64,000 bases of DNA from Candidatus Roizmanbacteria bacterium (lineage in GTDB: Bacteria; Patescibacteriota; Microgenomatia; UBA1406), in NCBI GenBank assembly GCA_024654535.1, contig JANLHL010000038.1, forward strand, positions 315,824-379,823, in the 5' to 3' direction. A model generated the notes under the pieces. The model was not told the DNA's origin. It saw only the letters and a program-made list of their open reading frames with translations, and ran no database searches. Of this stretch, positions 1 to 7,450 are shown in pieces. Position 1 is the stretch's first letter, and each line of letters opens with the position of its first letter. The position numbers were made by a program, and so were the translations under genes.

Positions 1-174
1 TTAAGATATCATCTTGCATACGAAGCTCCTCGTATGGTGCAACCATCGGGACTTTTTGACAATAGTAGGGAAAATCTAGGTCTTTTATTATCCAATCATC
101 AGGAGGATTTCCTATGTATTCTGACATTAAGGTATATTATACCAAAATACCTACATAGCCTATCACAAAGCTCT

Positions 175-300
175 AAACCGGGCGGTGCCAATGTTGCCCG
201 CCTTCGCCTCGCTGAATCCCGTAGAGAGAAAGCTGGCTTCACTAAAGTTTCGGCGGGTAAAAGACGTGACCCAAACCAGGAAGTGGGTAAAGCTTTATTT
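175..300. other. GC-rich structured non-coding island (candidate small RNA or regulatory element), related to the 3' flank of tRNA-Asp
   Basis: Clearly more GC-rich than the surrounding sequence. GGGCGG (179-185), CCCGCC (197-202) and GGCGGG (251-257) allow alternative pairings. It shares CCCGCC[T/A]TCGCCTCGCTGAA, GAAAGC-GGCTTC and TTCGGC blocks with the reverse complement of 1759-1855. The overlapping ORF 34..372 looks non-coding. Confidence 0.35.
197..216 (+). repeat. Inverted-repeat arm CCCGCCTTCGCCTCGCTGAA (partner at 1836..1855)
   Basis: 19 of 20 nt identical to the reverse complement of 1836-1855 (CCCGCCATCGCCTCGCTGAA). This is a GC-rich match in an AT-rich genome. Confidence 0.6.
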
Positions 301-343
301 ACAGAAGCTTCGTATAATTGTTGGCAAAGTTTAAAATTTCAAA

Positions 344-850
344 TCATTCAGAACTTTTTCCGTAGCCTGTAAAGTTAATAGGAGCCCTTTGTTGACTGCC
401 CTGCATAGGCAAAAGATCATAGCCACCCATTTGATATACGACGTTTGTTTCTCCTGTTCCGTCTCCTTCAAATCCATAAATGGTACGTACTGCAGTCACT
501 TGTCCACTCATATCAATTCTTTGAGCTTTAAAATCAGCATTTGGCGAATTTGCATCGAATTCCAATTGGATAGTATCCCCATTTAAAGCTTGCCATGATA
601 GGCCACATGTTGCTGGGCCTACAGTAACGGTACGAAAAACATCTTGCAGTGCATGATCTGGTGTAAGTTCGAGCAGTTGTGTTAGAGAATCCGCAGCAAA
701 TGTAGGATTTGGGTCTTGACTGCCTATCCAAATAGTATTTATGAAATGACAAAGAACTTTTTCGTTAGCCAGTTTTAAGAGATGTGTAGCAATTCTTTTG
801 TATTCTGCTTGAAGATTTTCTGGTAGTTGTGGACGTAATTCGCTAGACAT
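344..850 (-). CDS. Hypothetical protein (168 aa), no family recognised
   Basis: ORF 344..886 trimmed to the ATG at 850 (MSSELRPQ...), because TATAAT lies 7 nt upstream of it. The composition is less Lys/Ile-rich than the neighbours. Confidence 0.5.
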   Translation of the reverse strand: MSSELRPQLPENLQAEYKRIATHLLKLANEKVLCHFINTIWIGSQDPNPTFAADSLTQLLELTPDHALQDVFRTVTVGPATCGLSWQALNGDTIQLEFDANSPNADFKAQRIDMSGQVTAVRTIYGFEGDGTGETNVVYQMGGYDLLPMQGSQQRAPINFTGYGKSSE

Positions 851-857
851 AGTATAT

Positions 858-863
858 ATTATA
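858..863 (-). promoter_or_regulatory. -10 box TATAAT, 7 nt before the ATG at 850 (leaderless layout)
   Basis: Minus strand reads TATAAT-atatact-ATG. Confidence 0.5.
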
Positions 864-933
864 CTATAGGAAAAACATGCATGCAAGTTGGGAACGATAT
901 ACCACGAAAGTAAAGGATTGGTCCTAACGTGCG

Positions 934-1434
934 TTAAAGAGTATTCAATAGATTTGGGAATTCTTTACTCAGTTTTTTTCGTAGTTCTTTGGCACTAGTA
1001 ATATAGGTTTCTACATTTCCTTGTACGCGTTCGAACGTTTCAAGCACTTCACCTGTTTTATCTATTGCATACATGAATGCTTCATATTCTTTACCGTGCT
1101 TATCAGTGACAGTAATGTTTTCCTTTCGATACCACCGAGGATATCGCTCCCACCAATCGAGGACTGTTTCTTGATTGGTAGTTATTTCATATACTTTTCC
1201 ATGTATCTTTGCATGTGGATCTGTAGATTTTTGAGCAAAAAGGAACGAAAGAGTGGACATGTCATGTTTACTAGAAATATCGTCGTAGATTTCTGGTGGA
1301 AGGAGATTTGAACCTCCTTTATAAACCGTATAGCCTTGAACGGTTGCTAGAAAAAAAGGTGGCTCAGTGCCTAGTAGTGCAGTAATAATTTTGGGTTCAT
1401 ACAGTGTTCCGAATGTGAAAACTAACCTCTTCAT
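934..1434 (-). CDS. Gamma-glutamylcyclotransferase / AIG2-like family protein
   Basis: N-terminal LVFTFGTL resembles the YGSL/FVYGTL motif of the GGCT fold. Size is ~166 aa. It starts 12 nt after the GIY-YIG gene stop. Confidence 0.55.
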   Translation of the reverse strand: MKRLVFTFGTLYEPKIITALLGTEPPFFLATVQGYTVYKGGSNLLPPEIYDDISSKHDMSTLSFLFAQKSTDPHAKIHGKVYEITTNQETVLDWWERYPRWYRKENITVTDKHGKEYEAFMYAIDKTGEVLETFERVQGNVETYITSAKELRKKLSKEFPNLLNTL

Positions 1435-1446
1435 AAAATAAGTATA

Positions 1447-1701
1447 TCACTCACTATCTAATTTTATTAATTGGTGTTTTCTTAAAAACGCCCTCCCAGA
1501 ACCAGATTTTAGGTATTTTTCAAAATTGTATGCAGTGTATTTGTTTTGGAAGGCAAAATAGGCAAGGAGCGTAATGGGTAGACGGTTGTGTGTCGCAAGT
1601 ATTTGTCTATGTTGATGTCGACGTATACGATCTTTTAAATCATTGGTGCAACCAATGTAGGTTTTATGGTCGGAACAAAGAAGAATATATATGTAATACA
1701 T
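1447..1701 (-). CDS. Small stand-alone GIY-YIG (URI-domain) nuclease family protein
   Basis: MYYIYILLCSDHKTYIGCTNDLKDRIRRH carries the GIY...YIG...R..H block. The ORF-track GTG start at 1758 is trimmed to the ATG at 1701. Confidence 0.75.
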   Translation of the reverse strand: MYYIYILLCSDHKTYIGCTNDLKDRIRRHQHRQILATHNRLPITLLAYFAFQNKYTAYNFEKYLKSGSGRAFLRKHQLIKLDSE

Positions 1702-1758
1702 GACGCGAGAATAAAACAAAATTAGAAACTTGTCAGTTGAATATAGACAACAAATCAC

Positions 1759-1848
1759 CTATGTTGCGGGTTTCACCTCGCCGTAGCCGAAGCTGAAAAG
1801 TGGGCGAAGCCCGCTTTCGGTCGTCTTTGACGACCTTCAGCGAGGCGA
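1759..1848 (-). other. Structured GC-rich element immediately 3' of tRNA-Asp, between the tRNA and the GIY-YIG gene
   Basis: Contains hairpins GGTCGTC-TTT-GACGACC (1819-1835), GGGC-GAA-GCCC (1802-1812) and a C(UUCG)G-type hairpin, enclosed by CCTC...GAGG and GCTGAA/TTCAGC pairings. Homologous to 197-260. Confidence 0.35.
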
Positions 1849-1855
1849 TGGCGGG
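1836..1855 (-). repeat. Inverted-repeat arm (partner at 197..216); overlaps the last 7 nt (CCCGCCA) of tRNA-Asp
   Basis: Minus strand reads CCCGCCATCGCCTCGCTGAA. Confidence 0.6.
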
Positions 1856-1925
1856 ACAGACGGGACTCGAACCCGCGACCTTCCGCGTGACAGGCGGACG
1901 CTCTAGCCAGCTGAGCTACTGCCCC
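1849..1925 (-). tRNA. tRNA-Asp (anticodon GUC), CCA encoded
   Basis: GGGGCAGTAGCTCAGCTGGCTAGAGCGTCCGCCTGTCACGCGGAAGGTCGCGGGTTCGAGTCCCGTCTGTCCCGCCA folds as a cloverleaf. The anticodon loop is CT-GTC-AC. Confidence 0.9.
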
Positions 1926-1936
1926 AAACAGAAAGA

Positions 1937-1945
1937 ATTATAACA
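1937..1945 (-). promoter_or_regulatory. Extended -10 TGTTATAAT, 11 nt before the tRNA-Asp 5' end
   Basis: Minus strand reads TGTTATAAT-tctttctgttt-GGGGCAG. Confidence 0.55.
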
Positions 1946-2151
1946 TATGAAAGTTGTTTCGAAAGGAAGAGTTTACAATATAGAGCGGGTTGTGAAGATA
2001 TTATATAAGTATGTCCATTTTTCGAGTTTTTTCATATTGTAAATTCAATAGTTTCATATGCAACCTTCCACAACATATATTTATCCATATAGAGTTTGTG
2101 TTATTGATAGTGCCTTGTTAAAATAAAACTAGAAATATATTTATATAGATA

Positions 2152-2532
2152 ATGTTTAAGGATTTTTTACCTACTTACAAAAGAGAGTCGGGATTATTTG
2201 TCATCGATTTAAACGATATTCCTCTACCCATAAATTTTATTGTTAAAGAAAAGTCGATAGTCTCTATTCCTCCTCTTGAAAAAGGAGGAAATCATATGCA
2301 TCCGCGAATAGAAGTACTAGTCGGATTGAATGAAGGGCTCTCTTTTATTTGGCAAGATGAAAAAGGGAATATTTGTGAAGAAGCGATGAAAAAGAAGGGA
2401 AAATTCCGAGTATTTACTGTGCCGTCACATTTACCTCATGCAGTCGTTAATCGTTCACATACTCAGACTGGTATTTTAGTAGAATTTGCAGATGCCAAAC
2501 AGACTGACGTTGAGCTCATTCAGCTAATATAA
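2152..2532 (+). CDS. Cupin-fold protein (function unknown; possibly sugar isomerase/epimerase-like)
   Basis: GGNHMHPRIEVLVGL and FTVPSHLPHAVVN resemble the two His-containing cupin motifs. Confidence 0.4.
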   Translation: MFKDFLPTYKRESGLFVIDLNDIPLPINFIVKEKSIVSIPPLEKGGNHMHPRIEVLVGLNEGLSFIWQDEKGNICEEAMKKKGKFRVFTVPSHLPHAVVNRSHTQTGILVEFADAKQTDVELIQLI

Positions 2533-2535
2533 GTA

Positions 2536-3090
2536 TTACATTATCCCTGCTTTTTTCAGTAAGCTGAATTGCTGAGCAATAAGCGCCTCTTCTTGTTCAA
2601 ATGTCTTCATATACATACTTACATTTGTGCCCCAAGTAGTAGAAGGAGGTGCATAAACTGGCGCTATGCGGTAAGGATTATCGAGACCTTTTAGCATATA
2701 GTTTTCGTGTAAACCTTTCGCAACGGTATCTATACCATTTTCCCACGAGCTAAAATATATTGAACCGCCCCCCCAACCAAATGGATTTTTAGCGTTTTGT
2801 ATAAGCGCATGTCCAAAACCAGATTCTACACCAGTAATGGCAGGCAGTAGGTAACAATCAAGGTTATATCTGCGACAGCTATTGATAAATGCACCCGTAT
2901 ATGGAATTAGGGGAGAGTTGTATCTCTTGAGTACGCGCTCTATAGCTACACGTTCTATTACTCTGGAATGAATAGCATCTGCAGATATTCTAAAATTGCC
3001 CTCAACAGTCGGAATAGCTGTCAATTTTATCGCTAATACAAAAAGCATACACATAACTGTGAACACAAATTCTCTATATTTCTTTTTCAT
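2536..3090 (-). CDS. Membrane-anchored peptidoglycan hydrolase (glucosaminidase/lysozyme-like domain)
   Basis: N-terminal hydrophobic anchor, then TGVESGFGHA...NPFGWGGG, which resembles glucosaminidase-domain motifs. Confidence 0.55.
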   Translation of the reverse strand: MKKKYREFVFTVMCMLFVLAIKLTAIPTVEGNFRISADAIHSRVIERVAIERVLKRYNSPLIPYTGAFINSCRRYNLDCYLLPAITGVESGFGHALIQNAKNPFGWGGGSIYFSSWENGIDTVAKGLHENYMLKGLDNPYRIAPVYAPPSTTWGTNVSMYMKTFEQEEALIAQQFSLLKKAGIM

Positions 3091-3097
3091 AAAAAAA

Positions 3098-3135
3098 ATC
3101 CTAAAGCGTGGCTTTTTACAGCTATACTTTAGGAT
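3098..3135 (-). promoter_or_regulatory. 9-bp hairpin followed by a U-run, directly abutting the start codon of the hydrolase gene
   Basis: Minus strand reads ATCCTAAAG-(20 nt)-CTTTAGGAT-TTTTTTT-ATG. A TTGACA-17-TATACT promoter lies just upstream on the same strand. Confidence 0.35.
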
Positions 3136-3282
3136 CTAATAATTAGTATATCATAAAACTATAGGTCTGTCAAGTAAGGTACCACATTCTTTACACAGGG
3201 TTCCCATTATACAGGTTTTTTCAAGAAGTGAAACTTAATGTAGTCTCACTTCTTACAGAATTTGTTCAGAGTTGGGGATAAA

Positions 3283-3310
3283 TTGACAGATTTCATTATT
3301 AACGTATAAT
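3283..3310 (+). promoter_or_regulatory. Near-consensus sigma-70-type promoter for lemA-htpX
   Basis: TTGACA (3283-3288), 16-nt spacer, TATAAT (3305-3310). The ATG follows 29 nt downstream. Confidence 0.6.
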
Positions 3311-3339
3311 AGGTACAGTTATCAATTGAAATAATATAT

Positions 3340-3894
3340 ATGTCGTATCCGTTATTGGCTATTGGTCTTTTAGTTTTGTTTGTATTATATGTGTGGGGAG
3401 TATATAACCGACTTATTGTGCTCAAAAATAGAATTGATGAAGCCTGGAGTGGTATCAAGGTGCAACTTACCCGAAGAGCAGATTTGATACCCAACTTAAT
3501 AAACACAGTAAAAGGTTATGCGAAACATGAAAGCCAAGTCTTTGAGAATGTTACAAAGGCACGAAGTCAGCTTATGTCAGCTGGTTCTGTAGACGAAGTA
3601 CAAAAAGCTCAAGACGGTATGACTTCAGCGTTGAAATCCTTGTTTGCCGTTGCAGAAGCATATCCTCAACTTAGAGCAAGTGAAAATTTTCAACAATTGC
3701 AGAAAGAGCTGTCAGATACAGAAGATAAAATAGCGTATTCTCGGCAGTTCTATAATAGTAATGTTTTGTCGTATAACAGCCAACTTCAACAATTCCCAAC
3801 AACTGTATTGGCAGGAATGTTCCATTTTACATCGAAAGATTACTTTCAAATGGATGAAAAAAAAGAAGAGCCAGTAGCAGTATCGTTTGAGTAA
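3340..3894 (+). CDS. lemA: LemA family membrane protein
   Basis: N-terminal TM, then YNRLIVLKNRIDEAWSGIKVQLTRRADLIPNL, typical of LemA. Confidence 0.9.
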   Translation: MSYPLLAIGLLVLFVLYVWGVYNRLIVLKNRIDEAWSGIKVQLTRRADLIPNLINTVKGYAKHESQVFENVTKARSQLMSAGSVDEVQKAQDGMTSALKSLFAVAEAYPQLRASENFQQLQKELSDTEDKIAYSRQFYNSNVLSYNSQLQQFPTTVLAGMFHFTSKDYFQMDEKKEEPVAVSFE

Positions 3895-3895
3895 T

Positions 3896-4795
3896 ATGAA
3901 TGTATATAGCGAAATAGCAGGCAACAAACTTAAAACATACGTTGCATTGGTTATTTTTTTCTTGTTCGCATCTTCCATATTGTATGTGCTAGGTAAGGCA
4001 ATGGGTATGGCCGGACCAGGTTTGTTTCTTTTTGCATTTCTAATTAGCATGTGTGCGAATGTTGTCTCATATTACTATTCTGATAAGATAGTGCTGAAAC
4101 TGCACAATGCAAAGGAAGCGGACAGAGAGCAGTTTTTCGATTTATACACAGTCACAGAAAACCTTGCAATCGCTGCTGGTATACCAAAGCCAAAAGTATA
4201 TATTATTCAAGAACCTGCACCAAATGCTTTTGCAACAGGCAGAGACTATAAACATTCTATTGTGGTTGTCACGACCGGTTTACTTGAATTACTCGACAGG
4301 AGAGAGCTTGAAGGCGTTATCGCCCATGAACTTTCGCACATAAAAAACTATGATATGTTACTTATGACCGTCGTGTCTATTGTCGTTGGTCTCATTGTCT
4401 ATGCTACCGATTTTTTTATGCGTGCTCAGTGGTTTAGAAATTCAGATGATAATAATAGGCAAGGGGCACTTTGGGTTGTTATTGCGCTTGTTATGTCAAT
4501 AATTGCGCCGTTAGCAGCTACGTTGTTACAACTTGCTATTTCACGGAAGCGTGAATTTTTAGCTGATGCCTCTGGGGCATATATTACTCGAAACCCAGAA
4601 GCTCTTGCGAGCGCTCTTGAAAAGTTATCTTCAAGCTCTGTACCAACCATGTCTTCGGCAACGAACGCAACTGCCCATTTATTTTTCGAGAATCCGTTCG
4701 GCTCAGATAAGGGTAGTAAGAAATCTTGGTTTGTAAATATGTTTAGTACACATCCGCCACTAACTGAGCGTATAGCAAAACTTCGTACTATGTAG
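3896..4795 (+). CDS. htpX: Zinc metalloprotease HtpX (M48)
   Basis: HELSHIKNYD (HExxH), multiple TMs, C-terminal STHPPLTERI. The ATG at 3896 is preferred over the ORF-track TTG at 3887. Confidence 0.9.
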   Translation: MNVYSEIAGNKLKTYVALVIFFLFASSILYVLGKAMGMAGPGLFLFAFLISMCANVVSYYYSDKIVLKLHNAKEADREQFFDLYTVTENLAIAAGIPKPKVYIIQEPAPNAFATGRDYKHSIVVVTTGLLELLDRRELEGVIAHELSHIKNYDMLLMTVVSIVVGLIVYATDFFMRAQWFRNSDDNNRQGALWVVIALVMSIIAPLAATLLQLAISRKREFLADASGAYITRNPEALASALEKLSSSSVPTMSSATNATAHLFFENPFGSDKGSKKSWFVNMFSTHPPLTERIAKLRTM

Positions 4796-4798
4796 GTA

Positions 4799-4807
4799 TG
4801 GTAAAAT
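4799..4807 (+). promoter_or_regulatory. Extended -10 TGGTAAAAT, 10 nt before the tRNA-Thr 5' end
   Basis: TGGTAAAAT-aaatccacat-GCCTCTT. Confidence 0.45.
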
Positions 4808-4817
4808 AAATCCACAT

Positions 4818-4888
4818 GCCTCTTTAGCTCAACGGTAGAGCAGCGGTATCGTAAACCGTAGATGTCAGTTCAATTCTGACAAGAGGCT
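4818..4888 (+). tRNA. tRNA-Thr (anticodon CGU), CCA not encoded
   Basis: GCCTCTT/AAGAGGC acceptor stem, anticodon stem GCGGT/ACCGT with loop AT-CGT-AA, and T-arm GTCAG-TTCAATT-CTGAC. Confidence 0.85.
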
Positions 4889-4922
4889 CACGAGTAAGCT
4901 AAATGTAGATGTTTTGCTTTTG

Positions 4923-4931
4923 TGTTACAAT
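4923..4931 (+). promoter_or_regulatory. Extended -10 TGTTACAAT, 23 nt upstream of the ATG at 4955
   Basis: TGTTACAAT motif. This is one of the few cases with a short leader. Confidence 0.45.
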
Positions 4932-4954
4932 ATCAATAATCACATAACACGTTT

Positions 4955-5647
4955 ATGAGAAGAAAACACACCAACACAATCTTAATTTCTCTTGTCGTTA
5001 TAATTGTATTTGTTATCGCGGGATATTTTTTTCTGTATTATGGGCTTGGACAAATAATCAACTATGCATTTTTATTAAGACCTTCGAAAACGAATACGGT
5101 CAATACCGAAAAACAACAAAGCCCACAAATACTTGTCGATCCAGTATTGCAGGATCTACCGTATGCTACGAACTCTGCCTCTATAGTAATAAGTGGAACA
5201 ACTACCTCTGAACAGACAGTTGATTTTTTTCAGAATAGTGAAAAGATAGACTCAATAAAGGCAGATTTCGAGGGAAATTTTGCATTCCAAATTTATTTGA
5301 AACCGGGAGAAAATAGTGTTCATGTTAAGAGTATTGATTCGTACACAAAAAAAAGCAAAACATCTAAACAGAGTATTATTTTATTCTTAGATACACCTCC
5401 TGAACTTACTTTGGAAGAAAACTCGGATGGAAAAACAGTAAACAAGCAGTTTATCGATATAAAAGGATCAACTGAAAAAGAAGTGTTTGTACAAATTAAC
5501 AGTGCTCCCGTTGTGGTACGTGCTGATGGTTCGTTCGTGTATCCATTTAAACTCAAAGAGGGCGATAATGAAATAAAAGTAAAGGCTGTTGACGTAGCTC
5601 AAAATACCACCGAAAAGACCTTGCGTATTAAGTATCAGAAAGAGTAA
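4955..5647 (+). CDS. Membrane-anchored extracytoplasmic protein with Ig-like beta-sandwich repeats
   Basis: N-terminal TM helix, then two repeat-like segments (ISGTT...NSVHVKSID and IKGST...NEIKVKAVD). Confidence 0.5.
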   Translation: MRRKHTNTILISLVVIIVFVIAGYFFLYYGLGQIINYAFLLRPSKTNTVNTEKQQSPQILVDPVLQDLPYATNSASIVISGTTTSEQTVDFFQNSEKIDSIKADFEGNFAFQIYLKPGENSVHVKSIDSYTKKSKTSKQSIILFLDTPPELTLEENSDGKTVNKQFIDIKGSTEKEVFVQINSAPVVVRADGSFVYPFKLKEGDNEIKVKAVDVAQNTTEKTLRIKYQKE

Positions 5648-6710
5648 GTATATAGAATATCCCGAACACTACAAATAGAGTGGGTGTAAAAAAGCTATTT
5701 GTTGATAATGCATGTATTCCATAGGCCAATGACATCGCTTTAAAAACAGCTGTTTTTCCTTTAATTACTGTCAGAAAAAACCAAACATATCCGAAAAGGC
5801 CGATAATGCCACTTGTTGTAAGTATTGTTAATAAACTGTTATCAAGACCATATTTACTGTTATTAACAAAGGAATCTTTTGTTGAAGCCGACGGGAAATA
5901 ATTAAACCCCACACCAAAGAGAGGATTTATCTGCAAAGCCTTCTGGGTTATTGTAAATGCTTGCATTTTACTTACGATGCTATTTGTTCGCATAAGATTT
6001 GTGCCTTCTCCTTGTCTTTTGGGGAGAAAAACGAGAATAGTGACTAATGATAGTATAGCTAACATAGCAAAGACTATAGTACGGCGAGTTTTGATATGAG
6101 AAAATAGGAGATAAATCCCAGAAATAACTGCAGCAATATAGCTAATTCTTGAATAGGTGAGGAGTAATACGCAGCCAACAAGTAATGATAAAATTACCTG
6201 TTTTTTTTGTGCAAGGTATAAGAAACTCCATACGAAGAATAGCCCTATAAGATTAGGATCTAAAAATAATCCAAAAAGTCGGTATTCATGAGGATCATAC
6301 CCAGCATACATGAGGTTGCGAAGTGATGGATAGAGTAAATATTGAAACAATGAGGTAAGAAGTATGACAGAAAAACTAATGATAAAATATAGAGTAATTT
6401 TTTTTGGCTTTCTTTTTATACTAACTATGCAGAAAAAAAAGAAAAAATAGAGCAGTATTCTGAGTACATAAGCAATAGATGAGAATGTTGCTGTATGTAC
6501 GTTTATAAACGTACTCAAGGTTATAGCTAGAGTTAAGAATGTGAGACCACTATCCTTAAATCCATGAATAATGGCACGTTTATTTTTTATGACCATTTCT
6601 ATGCAAAATAAAAGTACGAGTATATCTAGCAATCGTATACGTATAGATGGTGTTATATGGACATAAAGTATTTCGCCGAGAGGGAATAAAAGCGTCAACG
6701 CGTTAAGCAT
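5628..6710 (-). CDS. O-antigen ligase-like (Wzy_C domain) polytopic membrane protein
   Basis: About 10 TM segments with a central LLLTYSRISYIAAV block, typical of O-antigen ligase/oligosaccharyltransferase-like proteins. Its 3' end overlaps the previous gene convergently by 20 nt. Confidence 0.6.
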   Translation of the reverse strand: MLNALTLLFPLGEILYVHITPSIRIRLLDILVLLFCIEMVIKNKRAIIHGFKDSGLTFLTLAITLSTFINVHTATFSSIAYVLRILLYFFFFFCIVSIKRKPKKITLYFIISFSVILLTSLFQYLLYPSLRNLMYAGYDPHEYRLFGLFLDPNLIGLFFVWSFLYLAQKKQVILSLLVGCVLLLTYSRISYIAAVISGIYLLFSHIKTRRTIVFAMLAILSLVTILVFLPKRQGEGTNLMRTNSIVSKMQAFTITQKALQINPLFGVGFNYFPSASTKDSFVNNSKYGLDNSLLTILTTSGIIGLFGYVWFFLTVIKGKTAVFKAMSLAYGIHALSTNSFFTPTLFVVFGIFYILTLSDT

Positions 6711-6712
6711 AG

Positions 6713-7450
6713 TTATTTTCCTGTATATACTTTTGCACGAGTGAGGAATGAGTGAAAACTCATCATAAAGCTATATATGAACCCAGCTACACCATCAAGA
6801 AACCCAAGCTTGAGAAAGTACGTATAGATAAACTTACTCAAAGGTAAAGCCACTAACTCCAATGTGCCCACTTTTTTCCCTTGTGCGAGCATATATTCTG
6901 CATTGAGAGAGCTATACGTGTTAATAGAGTTCAAAAATGAAGCAATAGTAGGATGTGGATAGTGATACAGTGGGAAATCTATTTTTTTGATTTTTGAACC
7001 TTGCCATACCTCATGTACGGGCCGAACAAAAGTTCCATGATCTTTTGTTACAAGCCGCGTGACGTATACGTTACTGACTTCGCCAAAACGCATCATCGTA
7101 TTCCAAAAAAAATCTATACGTTTAAATGCGAACGCACGTGTATGGGTTGTTTCTGGAATTTGTGTAATGTATTTTCGCATTGCATCACTGACAACTTCGT
7201 CTGCATCTATAAATAATATATATTTTGATTTTGCCTGTGCCATCGCTTTATTCCTGGCCTCTGCAAAATTTCCATTGAGCGGTTGAGTATACACCGTTGC
7301 CCCATGTTTGCGCGCTATGTCCACAGTTGCATCAGAAGAGTGATCGTCAACCACTATAGTTTCATCTCCCATAAGTGCCACGCTATTTAAGCAGCGACCT
7401 ATATTTTCTTCTTCATTTTTTGTCAGAATCAGGATTGAGAAGTGTTGCAT
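6713..7450 (-). CDS. Glycosyltransferase family 2
   Basis: FSILILTKNEEENIGRCLNS...VVDDHSSD...FIDADE matches GT-A fold DxD-type motifs. Confidence 0.8.
   Translation of the reverse strand: MQHFSILILTKNEEENIGRCLNSVALMGDETIVVDDHSSDATVDIARKHGATVYTQPLNGNFAEARNKAMAQAKSKYILFIDADEVVSDAMRKYITQIPETTHTRAFAFKRIDFFWNTMMRFGEVSNVYVTRLVTKDHGTFVRPVHEVWQGSKIKKIDFPLYHYPHPTIASFLNSINTYSSLNAEYMLAQGKKVGTLELVALPLSKFIYTYFLKLGFLDGVAGFIYSFMMSFHSFLTRAKVYTGK

Noticed and set aside
1-46. Possible 5' end of a minus-strand gene (ATG at 46, MVAPYEELRMQDDIL...) running off the left edge, with a TGGTATAAT box at about 133-141 on the minus strand.
   Set aside because: Only 15 codons are visible and the promoter is ~85 nt away, so it cannot be supported from this window.
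175-300. Checked whether the GC-rich island is a known housekeeping RNA (SRP RNA, RNase P RNA, tmRNA, 6S).
   Set aside because: I could not find the diagnostic motifs. These include the SRP helix-8 GGAA tetraloop with AGCA/GNAR loops, RNase P GAGGAAAGUCC and ACAGAA blocks, and the tmRNA tRNA-like end. The island is also too short for RNase P RNA or tmRNA. It is left as an unassigned structured element.
34-372. 112-aa plus-strand ORF from the track.
   Set aside because: Its translation is Arg/Gly/Ala-rich only where it crosses the GC-rich structured element, and it has no family resemblance. It has no promoter/start layout like the other genes, and it overlaps the 3' end of the minus-strand gene. 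I treat the region as non-coding (see the GC-rich element).
344-1925. Possible mobile element: GIY-YIG cassette next to a tRNA, flanked by inverted repeats.
   Set aside because: There is no integrase, transposase or homing-endonuclease-sized gene. The GIY-YIG protein is the ~85-aa stand-alone type common in bacterial chromosomes. The repeats are inverted rather than the direct att-type duplication. It is reported as a finding but not annotated as a mobile element.
2011-2121. 36-aa ORF (MSIFRVFSYCKFNSFICNLPQHIFIHIEFVLLIVPC) with TATTAT 6 nt upstream of its ATG.
   Set aside because: It fits the leaderless spacing, but the peptide looks like translated AT-rich spacer, and I have no conservation evidence. 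It is too weak to call.
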